Shown one piece after another: positions 34,936 to 46,666 of a stretch of 64,000 nt of DNA (positions are counted from its first letter, which is position 1; the number at the start of each line of letters is the position of its first letter). The notes under the pieces are model-generated. The model saw nothing but the letters and a program-made list of their open reading frames with translations, did no database searches and was not told the DNA's origin. The stretch is taken from NCBI GenBank assembly GCA_963817955.1, contig CAWFQK010000004.1, positions 416,001 to 480,000 on the forward strand, given 5' to 3'. Origin of the DNA: an uncultured Gemmatimonadaceae bacterium. Lineage in GTDB: Bacteria > Gemmatimonadota > Gemmatimonadetes > Gemmatimonadales > Gemmatimonadaceae. Made by a program: the position numbers and the translations under genes.

Positions 34936-35727
34936 GAATCGCTCCTCGATGACAGTGGAAGGTCGAAGAACCGAATGCTATTAGCGACGGTCATCGCACC
35001 GATCGCCGAGGCGCTGACGCCTCGCGCGGCAGCGATGCGCGCGACGGTGAAGCTAACCCACGCTGGCTCGTTGCGCTTGCCGCGATGCGGGACGGGCGCG
35101 AGGTACGGGGCGTCGGATTCGACGAGCAAACGGTCGTCGGGAACGAGCCGAAGGAGGGCGTCATCGTCCCATTTCTTGAAGGTCACGATGCCACTGAAGG
35201 AAACGTACCAGCCGACGGCGAGCGCAGCTTCGGCAAGGTGGTACGACCCGGTATAGCAATGGAGCACACCACGCACTCCTCCTCTCCCCGCCTCCGTCAC
35301 CATCGCCAGCGTATCGTCCTCGGCCAGGCGCGTGTGGACAACGATTGGGCGACCCAGTCTCGTGCGCAAGCGCCAGTTGCGCACCGAATGCGTGGCGCTG
35401 CAGGTCACGCGGCGAGTGATCGTAGTGATAGTCGAGCCCGCACTCACCGATGGCGACCGCGCCGCGGGTGAGGAGGGCTCTCAACGCGGCCATATCCGTG
35501 GCAGCGTCGAACGCAGCCGCATCGTGCGGGTGTATGCCAGCGGTGAAGAAGACGACGCCGGGATGGGCGGCGGCAACGGCGGACGCCCGCTCCGCGGCGG
35601 CGAGGGACTCGCCGATGCAGACCATGGCCAATGCGCCGGTCTGGCACGCGCGCTCAATGACAATGTGCCGATCGTCATCGAACGCGGGATCGGCGAGGTG
35701 TGCGTGACTATCGATGAACGCGACCAT
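34932..35727 (-). CDS. tatD: TatD-family hydrolase (single frameshift near 35350)
   Basis: IDSHAHL, GIHPH, IGECGLDY in one frame; VHTR, LHCY, ESDAPYLAPVPHRGKRNEP in another. Confidence 0.9.
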
Positions 35728-35772
35728 GGACGTGCGAACCGCCGCGCGAGGCGGCGGTTCAGCAAACGTTGA

Positions 35773-36783
35773 CTAGCGCGTGCCGACGGCAGACGGCTGT
35801 TCGCGTCGCCGCCCTTCGGCGAGCGCGCGAGATGTGCCCTTGCTCTCGGTACCGCCGCTGCGCGGCCACTTGCGCTCAATCCAGAGCAGGAGCGCACCGG
35901 CCACGTAGATCGAACTGAACGTGCCGGTGAATATACCGAACGCCATGATCCACGAGAAGGGGCGAATGACTTCGCCAGCAAAGAAGAGCAGCGACAATGT
36001 CGCCGCAAGCACAGTGGCGTGCGTCAGCACGGAGCGCGGCAGCGTCTCGTTGATCGAGCGGTTGAGCACGTCGCGGAGTGACTCCTTCCGCTGCTTCTTC
36101 AGGTTCTCGCGCACGCGATCGAAGATGATGATCGTGTCGTTGAGCGAGTAGCCGATCACGGTGAGCAGCGCCGCGACGACCGTGAGCGAAATCTCGAGAT
36201 GCATCATCGCGAGGAACGCGATGGTCGTCAGGATGTCGTGCGCGGTGGCGAATGTGGCAGCAACGCCAAAGCGCCACTCGAAGCGGATCGCCAGATAGAT
36301 CAACGTGACGATGAAGGAGATCAGAATCGCGGTGATCGCCTTGGTCTGTAGTTCGGCGCCGACCCGAGGGCCGACCGCCTCGGCGCGCATGACCTTGGCG
36401 CGGTTGTTCGGAATGCGCTGCGCCGATGCGGCGACGATCTGCAAACCGACGCTATCGGCGTTCGCCGCCGCGGCCTCACCAGCCTTGGGGCGAACGCGAA
36501 CCAGAAACTCGTTTGGCTTTCCAAACGTCGTGACTTCAGCGCCGCTGAAGCCGGCCGCATCAACCGAGGCACGCACCGCGTCAGGTGACGGCGCCTGCGC
36601 GAACTCCAGCTGCACCACCGCACCGCCAGTGAATTCGACACTGTAGTTCAGCGCGTTCCCCGTGCGGATTTTGTGGTACCCGAGAAGCGCAAACCCGAGG
36701 ACGATGAACCCGATTGTTCCGAGTGCGGCCGTCTTCCAGTGCTTGATGAAGTCGAGATTGGTATCGTGAAGAATGCGCAGCAT
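35773..36783 (-). CDS. secF: Protein translocase SecF
   Basis: VEFTGG, VGPRVG, IGYSLNDTIIIFDRVRE, GTFSSIY. Confidence 0.96.
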   Translation of the reverse strand: MLRILHDTNLDFIKHWKTAALGTIGFIVLGFALLGYHKIRTGNALNYSVEFTGGAVVQLEFAQAPSPDAVRASVDAAGFSGAEVTTFGKPNEFLVRVRPKAGEAAAANADSVGLQIVAASAQRIPNNRAKVMRAEAVGPRVGAELQTKAITAILISFIVTLIYLAIRFEWRFGVAATFATAHDILTTIAFLAMMHLEISLTVVAALLTVIGYSLNDTIIIFDRVRENLKKQRKESLRDVLNRSINETLPRSVLTHATVLAATLSLLFFAGEVIRPFSWIMAFGIFTGTFSSIYVAGALLLWIERKWPRSGGTESKGTSRALAEGRRREQPSAVGTR

Positions 36784-36792
36784 GAGAGACCC

Positions 36793-38478
36793 TTAGATGC
36801 TCAACGTCTGGGCGCCGCGCGAGCGGTTCAGCCACAGGAGATAGAAAGTCCGCACCACGAAGATCGAGGTGACGAGCGAAGCGGCGATACCGGCCATCAG
36901 CGTGACGGCGAAGCCCTTCACCGCGCCCGTGCCATACTGGTACAACACGGCAGCAGTGAGCATCGTCGACACATTGGAGTCGACGATGGCAGGCATCGCG
37001 TGCCGGAATCCCTCCTCGATCGCCGTGCGTACGGTCTTGCCGCGAGCCAGTTCTTCGCGAATGCGCTCGAAGATCAGCACATTGGCGTCCACCGCCATTC
37101 CGATCGAGAGCACGAAGCCGGCGATGCCGGGCAGTGTCAGCGTCGCGTCAAACCCGGCGAGCGCGGCGAGCGTGTAGAGCATGTACAGCGCGAGCCCGCC
37201 AACCGCCAGCAGGCCGGAGAACCGATAATACACGAGCATGATTATCACGACGAGGCCGACGGCAATGAGCGACGCGCGAAGCCCTTTGGCGATGGAATCC
37301 TGACCGAGGCTCGGACCGATGCTCTGCACCTGCGCCACGCGGAGCGGCACTGGCAGCGCACCAGCGCGAAGCACGAGCGCCAGATCCTGTGCGGCCGCGA
37401 GATCCTTGCCACCCATGGTGATCTGCCCGCGGGTGCCAATGGCGCTCTGAATGACCGGCGGACGGCCCATGACGCGATTATCGAGGATGATCGCCATGAA
37501 GTCCCCGATGTGCTTGGCCGTCTCGTTTCGAAAGCGGCGACCGCCCTCGTTATTCAACTCGAACTCAACGATAGTGCCTTCGGCGCTCTGGTTCGGCTGC
37601 GCCTTTATGAGATCGACGCCGGTCATGATGGGCTTCGAGTCCACGACGTAGTAGGAGCGATACCACCTTCCCTGCAGTGACGTCGTGTCTGTACCCGGAA
37701 GCAAGTCCTTGCCCGGGGGCAACGCGGCCTTCACCGATGAGTCGGCGAGGTATTTGTCCAGCGTCGGAACCTGCGACGTCTCAACGTAGAACTCGCCAGG
37801 CATGCCGCCCTGCTGCAGCAGCGACGAGAACGCACCACCCGGCTGAATCTTGAGTGAATCGGCAGTAGCGGTATCCTTCTTTGCTGCGACAGCGCCGGCC
37901 TTCGTCGTGTCCGTCTTCGTCGTATCCGCGGTCTTCAACAGTCCCTGAAGACCTTTGTTCGCCAAAGATGCCTTCGCCCCCGTATCCGTGCTGGCCGCAG
38001 CGACCAGTCCGCGTTGCCTGATCACCTGATCGATCTTCGGCAGCGCCCGCTCGAGCGCCTGCGTCTTATCCGTGATCTTGAACTCCAGGAACGCCTGCTG
38101 CTCCACGAGCGCACGGGCGCGTTCCGGATCTTGAATGCCCGGAATCTGCACCACGATGCGGTCGCTCCCCTGCTTCTGCACGACGGACTCCGAGACGCCG
38201 TAGCCCTCGATGCGCGACCGCACCGTCTTGAGCGCGCGGTCGATCGCTTCGGCCTTGTCGGACGCAGGAATCTTCTGCTTGGAGTCGTCGACCTCGAGGG
38301 CGAGATACGTACCGCCCCGCAAGTCGAGACCGGGCTTGAGCGGAATGGTGCGAACGGTCTGATCGTGGAGCACACCGTCGGCGCCACGAACGCGCGTCGT
38401 CACGTCACGAGGGAACAGCGCCCAGAGGGACAGCAGACAGAGAGCGACGATGGTCAGTACGCGATACTTCAGGGGCAT
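36793..38478 (-). CDS. secD: Protein translocase SecD
   Basis: GLDLRGG, AGALP, IGPSLG, GMAVDANVLIFERIREE. Confidence 0.96.
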   Translation of the reverse strand: MPLKYRVLTIVALCLLSLWALFPRDVTTRVRGADGVLHDQTVRTIPLKPGLDLRGGTYLALEVDDSKQKIPASDKAEAIDRALKTVRSRIEGYGVSESVVQKQGSDRIVVQIPGIQDPERARALVEQQAFLEFKITDKTQALERALPKIDQVIRQRGLVAAASTDTGAKASLANKGLQGLLKTADTTKTDTTKAGAVAAKKDTATADSLKIQPGGAFSSLLQQGGMPGEFYVETSQVPTLDKYLADSSVKAALPPGKDLLPGTDTTSLQGRWYRSYYVVDSKPIMTGVDLIKAQPNQSAEGTIVEFELNNEGGRRFRNETAKHIGDFMAIILDNRVMGRPPVIQSAIGTRGQITMGGKDLAAAQDLALVLRAGALPVPLRVAQVQSIGPSLGQDSIAKGLRASLIAVGLVVIIMLVYYRFSGLLAVGGLALYMLYTLAALAGFDATLTLPGIAGFVLSIGMAVDANVLIFERIREELARGKTVRTAIEEGFRHAMPAIVDSNVSTMLTAAVLYQYGTGAVKGFAVTLMAGIAASLVTSIFVVRTFYLLWLNRSRGAQTLSI

Positions 38479-38534
38479 ACGACTGCGGGAAGGAGGTAGG
38501 GGTCTTGCAGAGAACCTATAACGTTAACTGGCCC

Positions 38535-39458
38535 TTATGCTTGGGTCAACGCGAGACGGGCGTCGGCGGCGTCGCGACCGAGCTGCGCCACGAGGGCATC
38601 AACACGATCGAAACGCGTTGTGTCCCGTAGACGACGAATCAACTGCACGGATACCGCATCGCCATACCAGTCTCCATGCGTGTCGAACAGATGCACCTCG
38701 AGTCCCCGGTTGAAGTCGCCAAAGGTGGGACTGGGACCGAGGTTCATCATGCCACCGAACGTGCCGTGACTGCTCTGCGCACGAACAGCGTATACCCCTT
38801 CCGGCGGAAGAAGTTTGCGCGGAGAAAGCAGACGGATGTTGAGGGTCGGATATCCGAGATCGCGACCGCGCTGATGTCCATGCACCACGTCGCCGCGAAA
38901 CGAATACGGTCGCCCAAGCCCACGCGCGGCGCGATCGAGATCGCCATGCGCGATCGCGGTGCGAACCGCGCTCGACGACACGGGCCGTCCCAACGCATCG
39001 AGCGTCGGCGGCACCACATCCACATCGAACCCCGTGCGCTTCCCAATTTCGCGCAGGGCGGTGGCGTCGCCTTGCCGCCCGCGGCCGAGTCCGTGGTCGT
39101 ATCCAATCACGAGCTCGCGCATGTGATAGCGGCGCATCAGCAGTTCACTGACGAATGCCGCTGCCGAGTAGTGCGCAAGCGTGCTGGTGAACGGAAGCAC
39201 GGCGACGAGCAGCGGTCCGCTATCGGCGAGCGCATCGAGATGCTCGGCCCCCGGCGTGAGCAGCATGGGCGCCGCCGATGGATTGACGACTTCGAGTGGG
39301 TGGGGACTGAACGTCACGAGCACTGCGGGCAAGCCGCGCTCGCTTGCCCGCACATGGACGCGCTCGAGAATGTCGCGGTGCCCAACGTGTACGCCATCGA
39401 ACGTGCCGACGGTGACCACCGAGCCGGCGCGAAGCTGCGGAAAGCCGACATCAGGCAT
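38535..39458 (-). CDS. ribF: Riboflavin kinase/FAD synthetase
   Basis: GTFDGVHVGH, VSSSAVR, GRDLGYPTLN, EVHLFD. Confidence 0.95.
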   Translation of the reverse strand: MPDVGFPQLRAGSVVTVGTFDGVHVGHRDILERVHVRASERGLPAVLVTFSPHPLEVVNPSAAPMLLTPGAEHLDALADSGPLLVAVLPFTSTLAHYSAAAFVSELLMRRYHMRELVIGYDHGLGRGRQGDATALREIGKRTGFDVDVVPPTLDALGRPVSSSAVRTAIAHGDLDRAARGLGRPYSFRGDVVHGHQRGRDLGYPTLNIRLLSPRKLLPPEGVYAVRAQSSHGTFGGMMNLGPSPTFGDFNRGLEVHLFDTHGDWYGDAVSVQLIRRLRDTTRFDRVDALVAQLGRDAADARLALTQA

Positions 39459-40314
39459 CGCGCAGCACCACTTTCATACGGAGCTCGTCACCGGACCGAT
39501 CGGCGACGGCGATGAGCGTTTGCTCAGCATCGACCAGGGCAACGCGAGGCGCATCGCTGGTCGCGGCAAGGACGTTGCCGTGCAGCACCCGGCGCAGCTC
39601 GTCGGGCAAGAGCTGCCGAGCCGGCAGCGACGGAACGGCGCCGCGCAATGGCCGCGGCAGCGAATCGCGGGCTATCAGTTGCTCGATCGTGGCGGCGTCC
39701 GCAACGGAGAAGGGACCGCTCGCCGTGCGGCGCAGCGCGATAAGATGCGCGGCGCTCTTGGAGAGCCGTCCAAGGTCGCGCGCGAGAGCACGAATGTACG
39801 TGCCGCCACCACAGACGATGCGCACCGTCAGGTCGTCGCCGGTGCGACCCAGTAGTTCCCACGAGTGGACGGTGATACGGGACGGCGGCAAGTCGAGCAT
39901 CTCGCCGCGCCGCGCCGCGGTATACGCTCGCGTACCCGCGACCTTTTTCGCGGAGTACGCCGGTGGAATCTGATCAATTGGGCCAGTGAGCCGCGCGATC
40001 GCCTCGGCCACGGCAAGGTCCGCCGGCGGCTCGGCCATACGCCGCACCATGCCGGTCAGATCGTCGGTATCGGTTTCGATGCCGAACCGGATCGTTGCGT
40101 CGTACACTTTGGGCTCGCCATCGACGTACGGGATCAGACGTGTTCCGCGACCAACGAGCACGACCAACAATCCGGTCGCGAATGGGTCGAGCGTGCCGGT
40201 GTGACCAACGCGGCGCGAGCCGGTGATCCGCCGAACGATCGCCACGACGTCGTGGGACGTGATGCCCAGCGGCTTGTCGACGAGTAACAGACCGTCAGTC
40301 GTCGGCTTCTCCAT
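39451..40314 (-). CDS. truB: tRNA pseudouridine(55) synthase
   Basis: DKPLGITSHDVV, GHTGTLDPFATG, PPAYSA, GTYIRALARD. Confidence 0.96.
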   Translation of the reverse strand: MEKPTTDGLLLVDKPLGITSHDVVAIVRRITGSRRVGHTGTLDPFATGLLVVLVGRGTRLIPYVDGEPKVYDATIRFGIETDTDDLTGMVRRMAEPPADLAVAEAIARLTGPIDQIPPAYSAKKVAGTRAYTAARRGEMLDLPPSRITVHSWELLGRTGDDLTVRIVCGGGTYIRALARDLGRLSKSAAHLIALRRTASGPFSVADAATIEQLIARDSLPRPLRGAVPSLPARQLLPDELRRVLHGNVLAATSDAPRVALVDAEQTLIAVADRSGDELRMKVVLRDA

Positions 40315-40684
40315 CCGCGGGCGGCTGCCCCTCTTTGATGCGAGCCAGGAGGTCCTCGATGCGGGAGGCGCGAGCGATGCTCTCGTCGGCCTGAACGTGA
40401 TGTGCGGCGCGATGCGCAGGCGCAGCGCGCGCCCGACCCGCGCCGCGCAACGCGGTCGCGACGCTCTCGAGTCCCTCCATCGTGGCTGGCGCGCTCGGCG
40501 TCTGACCCGTAGATGCTGACGAACACGTTGGCCTGCGCGAAGGTCGCGCGACATCTCGACCGCGGTCACGGTGACGAGGCCGACGACGCGCGGGATCCTT
40601 CACGCCGCCAGCGAGGAACGCGCGCGATCTCCTCGCGAATCGCTTCGCCGACGCGGTCGGGAGCGGCGGGTGTCGCGCGGCCAC
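40295..40684 (-). CDS. rbfA: Ribosome-binding factor A (several apparent frameshifts)
   Basis: Fragments PDRVGEAIREEIA, KDP, VTAVEMSRDL, LRLRIAP, DESIARASRIEDLL in different frames. Confidence 0.85.
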   Translation of the reverse strand: MAARHPPLPTASAKRFARRSRAFLAGGVKDPARRRPRHRDRGRDVARPSRRPTCSSASTGQTPSAPATMEGLESVATALRGAGRARAAPAHRAAHHVQADESIARASRIEDLLARIKEGQPPADGEADD

Positions 40685-43572
40685 TGATCCTTCGCCGGCG
40701 GCCGGCGCGAGCGTGCGCGCGACTCTCCTCGGTGCGGTAGCACTCGAGGACGTCGCCGACCTTGATGTCGTTGAAGTTCTCGACGCCGATGCCGCACTCG
40801 AACCCTTCGCTCACTTCCTTCACGTCGTCCTTGAAGCGCTCGCAGCGACGCCGATGATGCCGTCGTACACCTCGACACCGTCGCGGATGACGCGCACGCG
40901 GCCCTGCCGGTTGATCACGCCGCTGCGCACGTGGCAGCCCGCGATGGTGCCGATCTTCGAGACCTTGAACGTCTCGCGCACTTCGGCCTCGCCGAAGACC
41001 ACTTCGCGCTCGTCGGGGCGCAGCATGCCTTCGAGCGCGGCGCGCACGTCGGCGACCGCCTCGTAGATGATGCTGATACAGCTTGATCTCGACGCCTTCG
41101 CGCTCGGCCGCCGCGCGCGCGTTGTTGTCCGGGCGGACGTGGAAGCCGATGATGATCGCGCCGGCGGCCTTGGCGAGCAGGATGTCGCTTTCGGTGATCG
41201 CGCCGACGCCGCGGTGGACGACCTCGACCTGCACTTCCGCGTTCGACGAGCTGGAGAGCGCGTCGGCGAGCGCTTCCGCCGGCCCGCCCTGATCCGCCTT
41301 GATGAGCAGCTTGAGCGGTGCGCTCTCGCCAGCCGCGGCGTGCGCCATGAAGTCTTCGAGCGTACACGCCACCCGCGTCGTCCGCGCGGCTCTTCGCCTC
41401 GCGATCGAGGCGCTCGCGCCGCTGCGCGATCTCCCGCGCGTCGGCCGAGTCCTCGACCACGAGGAACTGGTCGCCGGCCATCGGCACGCCGGACCATGCC
41501 GAGCACCTGCACCGGAATCGCCGGGCCGGCTTCCTTCACCGGCTTGCCGCGCTCGTCGAACATCGCGCGCACGCGGCCCGAGTACATGCCGCAAATGAAG
41601 TCGTCGCCGACTTTGCAGCGTGCCGTTCTGCACCAGCACCGTGGCGACGGGACCCTTGCCCGGCGTCGAGCTGGGCTTCGACGACCGTGCCCGGTGGCGC
41701 GGCGGTTCGGGTTCGCCTTGAGGTCGAGGATCTCCGCCTGCAGCAGGATCTGGTCGAGCAGCGCCTGGACGTTCGTGCCCTTCTTGGCCGAGATCTCGGA
41801 GTGCAGCGCCTGGCCGCCGAACTCCTCGAGCACGACGCCGTGCTGCAGCAGCTCCTGCTTCACCTTCATCGGGTTCGCCGTGGGCAGGTCGATCTTGTTG
41901 ATCGCGACGATGATCGGCACGCCGGCGTTCTTGGCGTGCGAGATCGCCTCGATGGTCTGCGGCATGACCGAGTCGTCCGCGGCGACGACGAGCACGACGA
42001 TGTCCGTCACCTGCGCGCCGCGCGCACGCATGGCGGTGAACGCCTCGTGACCCGGCGTGTCGAGGAAGGTGATCTTGCTTGCCGTTCGGCAGTCGTGACG
42101 TGGTACGCGCCGATGTGCTGCGTGATGCCGCCGGCTTCGCCCGCGACGACGTTCGCCTTGCGGATGAAGTCGAGCAGCGACGTCTTGCCGTGATCGACGT
42201 GGCCCATGATGGTGACCACGGGCGGACGCGAACGCAGATCTCGGGCAGGTCACTCGGCGACGGCTCCCGGCTTCTTCGGCCTGGTATTCCTCCTCGCGCA
42301 CGGCCTGGAAGCCGAACTCGCTCGCGATGAGCTCGATCTGGTCGAAGTCGAGGCGCTGGTTGATCGTGACCATCAGGCCGAGGTTCTTGAAGGCGAACGC
42401 CACGATCTGCGTGGCCGGCACCTTCAGGATCTGCGCCGAGCTCGCTGACGGTGATGAACTCGTTGACGCGAACGAGCTTCTTCTCGACCTCGGCCTCGGC
42501 CGCGCGCATGGCCTCGATCTCCTCGCGCGTCCCGTCGTCGACGCGTACCGCGGCGCTGCGGCGCCGGGCCCGCCCAGCTGGCGCATGGTGCTGCGAGATG
42601 TTCGCAGACACGGCTTCCTGGTCGACCTGCCCGCGCTTGCCCTTCTTGCGGCGGCCGGCTGCGACGGCGACGCCCGCGCTCGCTCCACCGGCACCGGCAC
42701 CGGAACTGCGCCGGCGCCGGCGTGCCACCACCACCGCCGCCGCCGGCGCCGGACGGTCGTCGCGACGGGCGCCGTGCGCCGGTCCACCACCCGGCGACGC
42801 GGACGCGACGGACGTGGCGGGAATGCGACGCCGCTGGTGACGGGACGCGGGCGCGGCGCGCCCGGCATGATCGAACGCGGACGCGGGCGGTCGGGCGTCG
42901 AGTACGGGCCTGCGGTGCGGGGTGCGGCGTGCTGGCGCGGGGCGCACTCGGCGCAGCCGGCGCACCGGGCGCGGCCGACTGCGGCCTGCACGTCGGGACC
43001 TGCGGCTGCCGCGCGCTGCCGACGGCGGCGGGCAGTCGCAGCCGGCGAGCAGCACCGCGGGACTGCCGCCGCTGGCGCGCGGCGTGCGGCGCGCTTCGGC
43101 GGCGGCAGTCGCGGCTTCCGTCCGGCCGGCTTGCCTCACTGCGCTCGGCCTCCGATCCGGCGCGCGGCTGCCGCGGCTTCGGCAGCGCTTGCGCTCGGCG
43201 AGTTCGGCCGCCGCGTCGGCTGCGGCCGCGCACGACGGCCGCTTCGCTCCGTCTGCCGGCGGCCTGCGACTTCAGCAGCCTTGCGGCGACGACGGCGGGC
43301 TCGGACGGCGCAGCGGCTTGCGGCCGGCACGGGAGCGGGCTCTGGCACGACGCGTCGCGGCGACGGCGCGCTGGCGGCGCCGGCGCGCGGCCTTCGCGGC
43401 GCGCGCACGCTTCTCGCGCTCCCACCGAGCGCGGACGCGCGCGACCTGGTCGTCGGTGAGCTGCTCAGGTGGCTGCGGACGGCGAACATCCAGCGACCGA
43501 AGCATCGTGATGACTTCGTCGCTCGGAATGCCGAACTCCGCCGCCAGATCAGTGGACCCGAAGCTTGCTCAA
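40685..43572 (-). CDS. infB: Translation initiation factor IF-2 (many apparent frameshifts)
   Basis: TTG start MSKLRVH with [62 protein letters not shown] split across frames; 3' end approximate. Confidence 0.92.
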
Positions 43573-43584
43573 ACCATCCTCCTC

Positions 43585-43930
43585 GATAGGCTCACGATCG
43601 AAGCCCCGCGCGGATCGACGATATCCGCGAATCCCCTTCGCCAGCTGCGCGTCGACGATGCCGACCACCGCCGTCGTGTTCCTGCCCACCGCCGCGCCGA
43701 GCGCGGCCGCCGATGGGACTTCCATAAATCCTAACGCGCCTCGCATTGAGCAGCGGCACGATCTTGTCGAGACTGTTCCGCGACGCGTCGCGCGCGACGA
43801 TCGGCGATGAACGACCTTATTCGCTTCGCCGCTTCCCGCACTTGGTCCACACCGACCACCGCGCCGCCGCCGCGCACGCCGAGCCCGGCCAGCCGAAGCA
43901 CTTTCGTTCGCCGCACGCGTGCGCCTTCAC
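43585..43930 (-). CDS. L7Ae/YlxQ-like protein (frameshifted)
   Basis: KVLRLAGLGVRGGGAVVGVDQVR...LGAAVGRNTTAVVGIVDAQLAKGI; position between nusA and infB; ends approximate. Confidence 0.75.
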
Positions 43931-45293
43931 GTCACGCATCACGGCACCGATCCTTCGTCGGCGCCCTGTCCGGTGCTTCGCATGTTGCTGTCTTCCGTCG
44001 GCCGTGACCTCGTCGATGAGCGCCATGAGGCGGTCGGCCTCCTCCGGCGCAATGCCGGCGAGCTTGAGGAAGTCCTCGCGCTCGAGATCGATGATGTCGT
44101 TGAGGGTCTGGTAGCCCGCATCCTCGAGCACGGCCACCGTCGCCGGCGGCATGCCCTCGATGTCCGACAGCTTCACGTCCGCCGCTCTTCCGCTCTCTTG
44201 CCGGGAGCGGCGCGAAGAGCGCGACTGCCGCCGCCGCGCTCCAGCCACTCGCGGCTCGAGTAGAGATCGATCTTCCAGCCGGTGAGCTCCGACGCGAGCC
44301 GCACGTTCTGGCCGTTGCGCCCGATGGCCAGCGAGAGCTGGTCCTCGTCCACGACGGCCTGGATCGTCTTGCGTGGCCGCGATCGCTGAACACGCGCGCC
44401 ACCTTCGCCGGCGCGAGCGCCAGCTTGGCGAAGCGCTCCGGATCGGACGACCAGGGCACGATGTCGATGCGCTCGCCGCCGAGCTCGTTGACGACGGCCT
44501 GCACGCGCGAGCCCTTGAGCCCGACGCAGGCACCGACGGGATCGATCGAGTCGTCGCGCGAGAACACGGCGATCTTCGTGCGGCTGCCGACTTCGCGCGC
44601 CGCCGCGCGGATCTCGACGATGTCCTGCTGGATCTCCGGCACCTCGAGCTTGAACAGCGCCTTCACGAACAGCGGGTCGCCGCGGCTGAGAATGAGGCGC
44701 GGTCCCTTCGGCGTCTCCTCGACCCTCTTGAGCACGGCGCGAATCGGCTCGCCCTGATTGATAGTGCTCGCGATGGTTCTGCTCGCGATACGGAATGATT
44801 GCCTCCGCCTCGCGGAACTTGTTGAGCATGACGACGAGCTTGCCGCGCTCGATCTGCTGCATCTCGCCGGAGAGCAGATCGCCGACGCGCGTCGCTGAAC
44901 TCATCGCGGATCTTGGTCCGCTCGCCCTCGCGGACGCGCTGGATGATGCGCTGCTTGGCGGCCTGCACCGCGGCACGGCCGAACTCGGCGAAGTCGACGG
45001 GCTCTTCCATGACGTCGCCGACTTCGAAACTCTCGTCGAATGGCTGGCCTCCTCGAGCGAGATCTCGCGCGCCGGGTCCTCGACGTCTGCGACGACGGTC
45101 TTCAGCAGGACGATGCGAATATCGCCCTTGTCGTCGTCGATGTCGACCTCGGCCTGCACGTTGGGGCCGTACTTCTTGGCGAGGGCGGCGATGAATGCCG
45201 TCCTGTAAGGAGCGCGTACAGCTCGGCGCGATCGAGCTGCTTTGTGTTCGATACCTCGCGAAACGCGGCGAGAATCTCTGCAGAACTGACCAT
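43930..45293 (-). CDS. nusA: Transcription factor NusA (many apparent frameshifts)
   Basis: [60 protein letters not shown]. Confidence 0.92.
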
Positions 45294-45354
45294 CCAGGAC
45301 CCCTCATGTGTGCGTCGTGGCGCGCTGATTCTGCAGCGCGACCGAGCGATGTCG

Positions 45355-45810
45355 TTACAAGTGAAACGCCAGCCGCGCCTCCTTGACGGCAGCCAGCGGA
45401 ATTCGCCGCTGATCGCCCGGCTTCGGCTCCAACACCGCCACTTCCGAACCCGACTCCCCCTCTACGGCTACAATTTTCGCTTCAACTCGACCGCCGTGCT
45501 CGGGACTGAGCACATTGGCCCACTGACCAACGAATCGACACCAGTCCGCAGCCGTGCGCAGCGGCCGCTCTCCAGGAGAGGACACCTGCAACACATACTG
45601 CGGCGAGACCAATCCGCTGGCACCCAGACGCGCCTCGATCACCCGGGAAATCCGCGCGCAGTCATCGACCGTGACAGCTGCCCCGTCGCGCCGATCGATT
45701 CGAATCTCGATCAACGGACGATTTCGCGTCCCCCCGCGCCGCAGCTCCACGAGGTCGTATCCGACCGCGTCAAGCTCCGACACGACAATATCTTCCAGCG
45801 CGTCCTTCAC
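45355..45810 (-). CDS. rimP: Ribosome maturation factor RimP
   Basis: VTVDDCARISR, YVLQVSSPG-ERPL, EARL. Confidence 0.93.
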   Translation of the reverse strand: MKDALEDIVVSELDAVGYDLVELRRGGTRNRPLIEIRIDRRDGAAVTVDDCARISRVIEARLGASGLVSPQYVLQVSSPGERPLRTAADWCRFVGQWANVLSPEHGGRVEAKIVAVEGESGSEVAVLEPKPGDQRRIPLAAVKEARLAFHL

Positions 45811-45835
45811 ATCCGTTCTAGGAAGTCGTCAAGAA

Positions 45836-45866
45836 CAAAAAAATGTGGGGAGCATACCCCACATTC
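45836..45866 (-). promoter_or_regulatory. rimP leader hairpin/attenuator
   Basis: AATGTGGGG-TATGCT-CCCCACATT followed by a T-run, upstream of rimP. Confidence 0.75.
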
Positions 45867-45961
45867 TGCTCGCGACCCCAAGTGCCGCGTAGCATTTACA
45901 AAGTAGGCCCTTGATCGAAGAGGGGCAAGGGCGATGGACGATGTACGTTCGGAGCAGAAGG

Positions 45962-46666
45962 TCAGGCGTCGGCGATCATCACGCCCAGTTGCCGACCAGC
46001 GTCGCCCGCGCGGTGCGAGAAGAACCGAGCGTTATCGCACCGGGTACATGACGAGCTCATGCTGATGTGCTTCACGCCCATCGCTCGCGCATGACCAACG
46101 ATCAGTGCGCGCAAATCCACGGCCGTTGGCCCAGCGACCGTGTTGCCGGTAAGCTGCGCGTATACCTCGGCGCTCACCTCGTAACACCTGCCACAGATGG
46201 CGGGCCCGGTGTAGAGTCGCACTTCTGACGCCGGAATCCCGCGCCGGGCGAGGGCTTCGATGCCCCGTTCCACGATACGGCCGGCCGTACCTCGCCACCC
46301 GGAATGCAGCAGCGCGATCGCCCCCGACGGGTGGGCAAGAAACACCGGCACACAATCCGCCACCGTCACAGCCAACGCCGTCCCACGGCCCAGCACGAGG
46401 TGTCCGTCGGCATCGCCGGCCCGCAGCCATCCCTCCCACCCATCATGGTGAACGAGCACCCTCGTTCCGTGCACTTGCGAGGCGACCGCAAGGCGAGGCC
46501 CTCCCGAACGGAGCTCACGCTGCAGCTCGCTCCAACGACCCATCACGTCACACACCGGCTCATCAGTATGAATGCCAAAACTGCCGGTGGTGCGAGTCGT
46601 CGTGAACGCGCGGATCCCGAATTCAGCCCACTCGGAAATCGGCTCCGAGTCGTCGAGGATGCTCAT
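45962..46666 (-). CDS. pgeF: PgeF/YfiH laccase-domain protein
   Basis: [32 protein letters not shown]. Confidence 0.92.
   Translation of the reverse strand: MSILDDSEPISEWAEFGIRAFTTTRTTGSFGIHTDEPVCDVMGRWSELQRELRSGGPRLAVASQVHGTRVLVHHDGWEGWLRAGDADGHLVLGRGTALAVTVADCVPVFLAHPSGAIALLHSGWRGTAGRIVERGIEALARRGIPASEVRLYTGPAICGRCYEVSAEVYAQLTGNTVAGPTAVDLRALIVGHARAMGVKHISMSSSCTRCDNARFFSHRAGDAGRQLGVMIADA

Noticed and set aside
40566..43589. Long Arg-rich ORFs of 857, 723 and 420 aa as novel proteins
   Set aside because: They are mosaics of off-frame or antisense infB sequence
40295..45293. True pseudogenes or programmed frameshifting in rbfA/infB/nusA
   Set aside because: Core genes with scattered indels, no slippery motifs and intact residues; best explained by sequence quality
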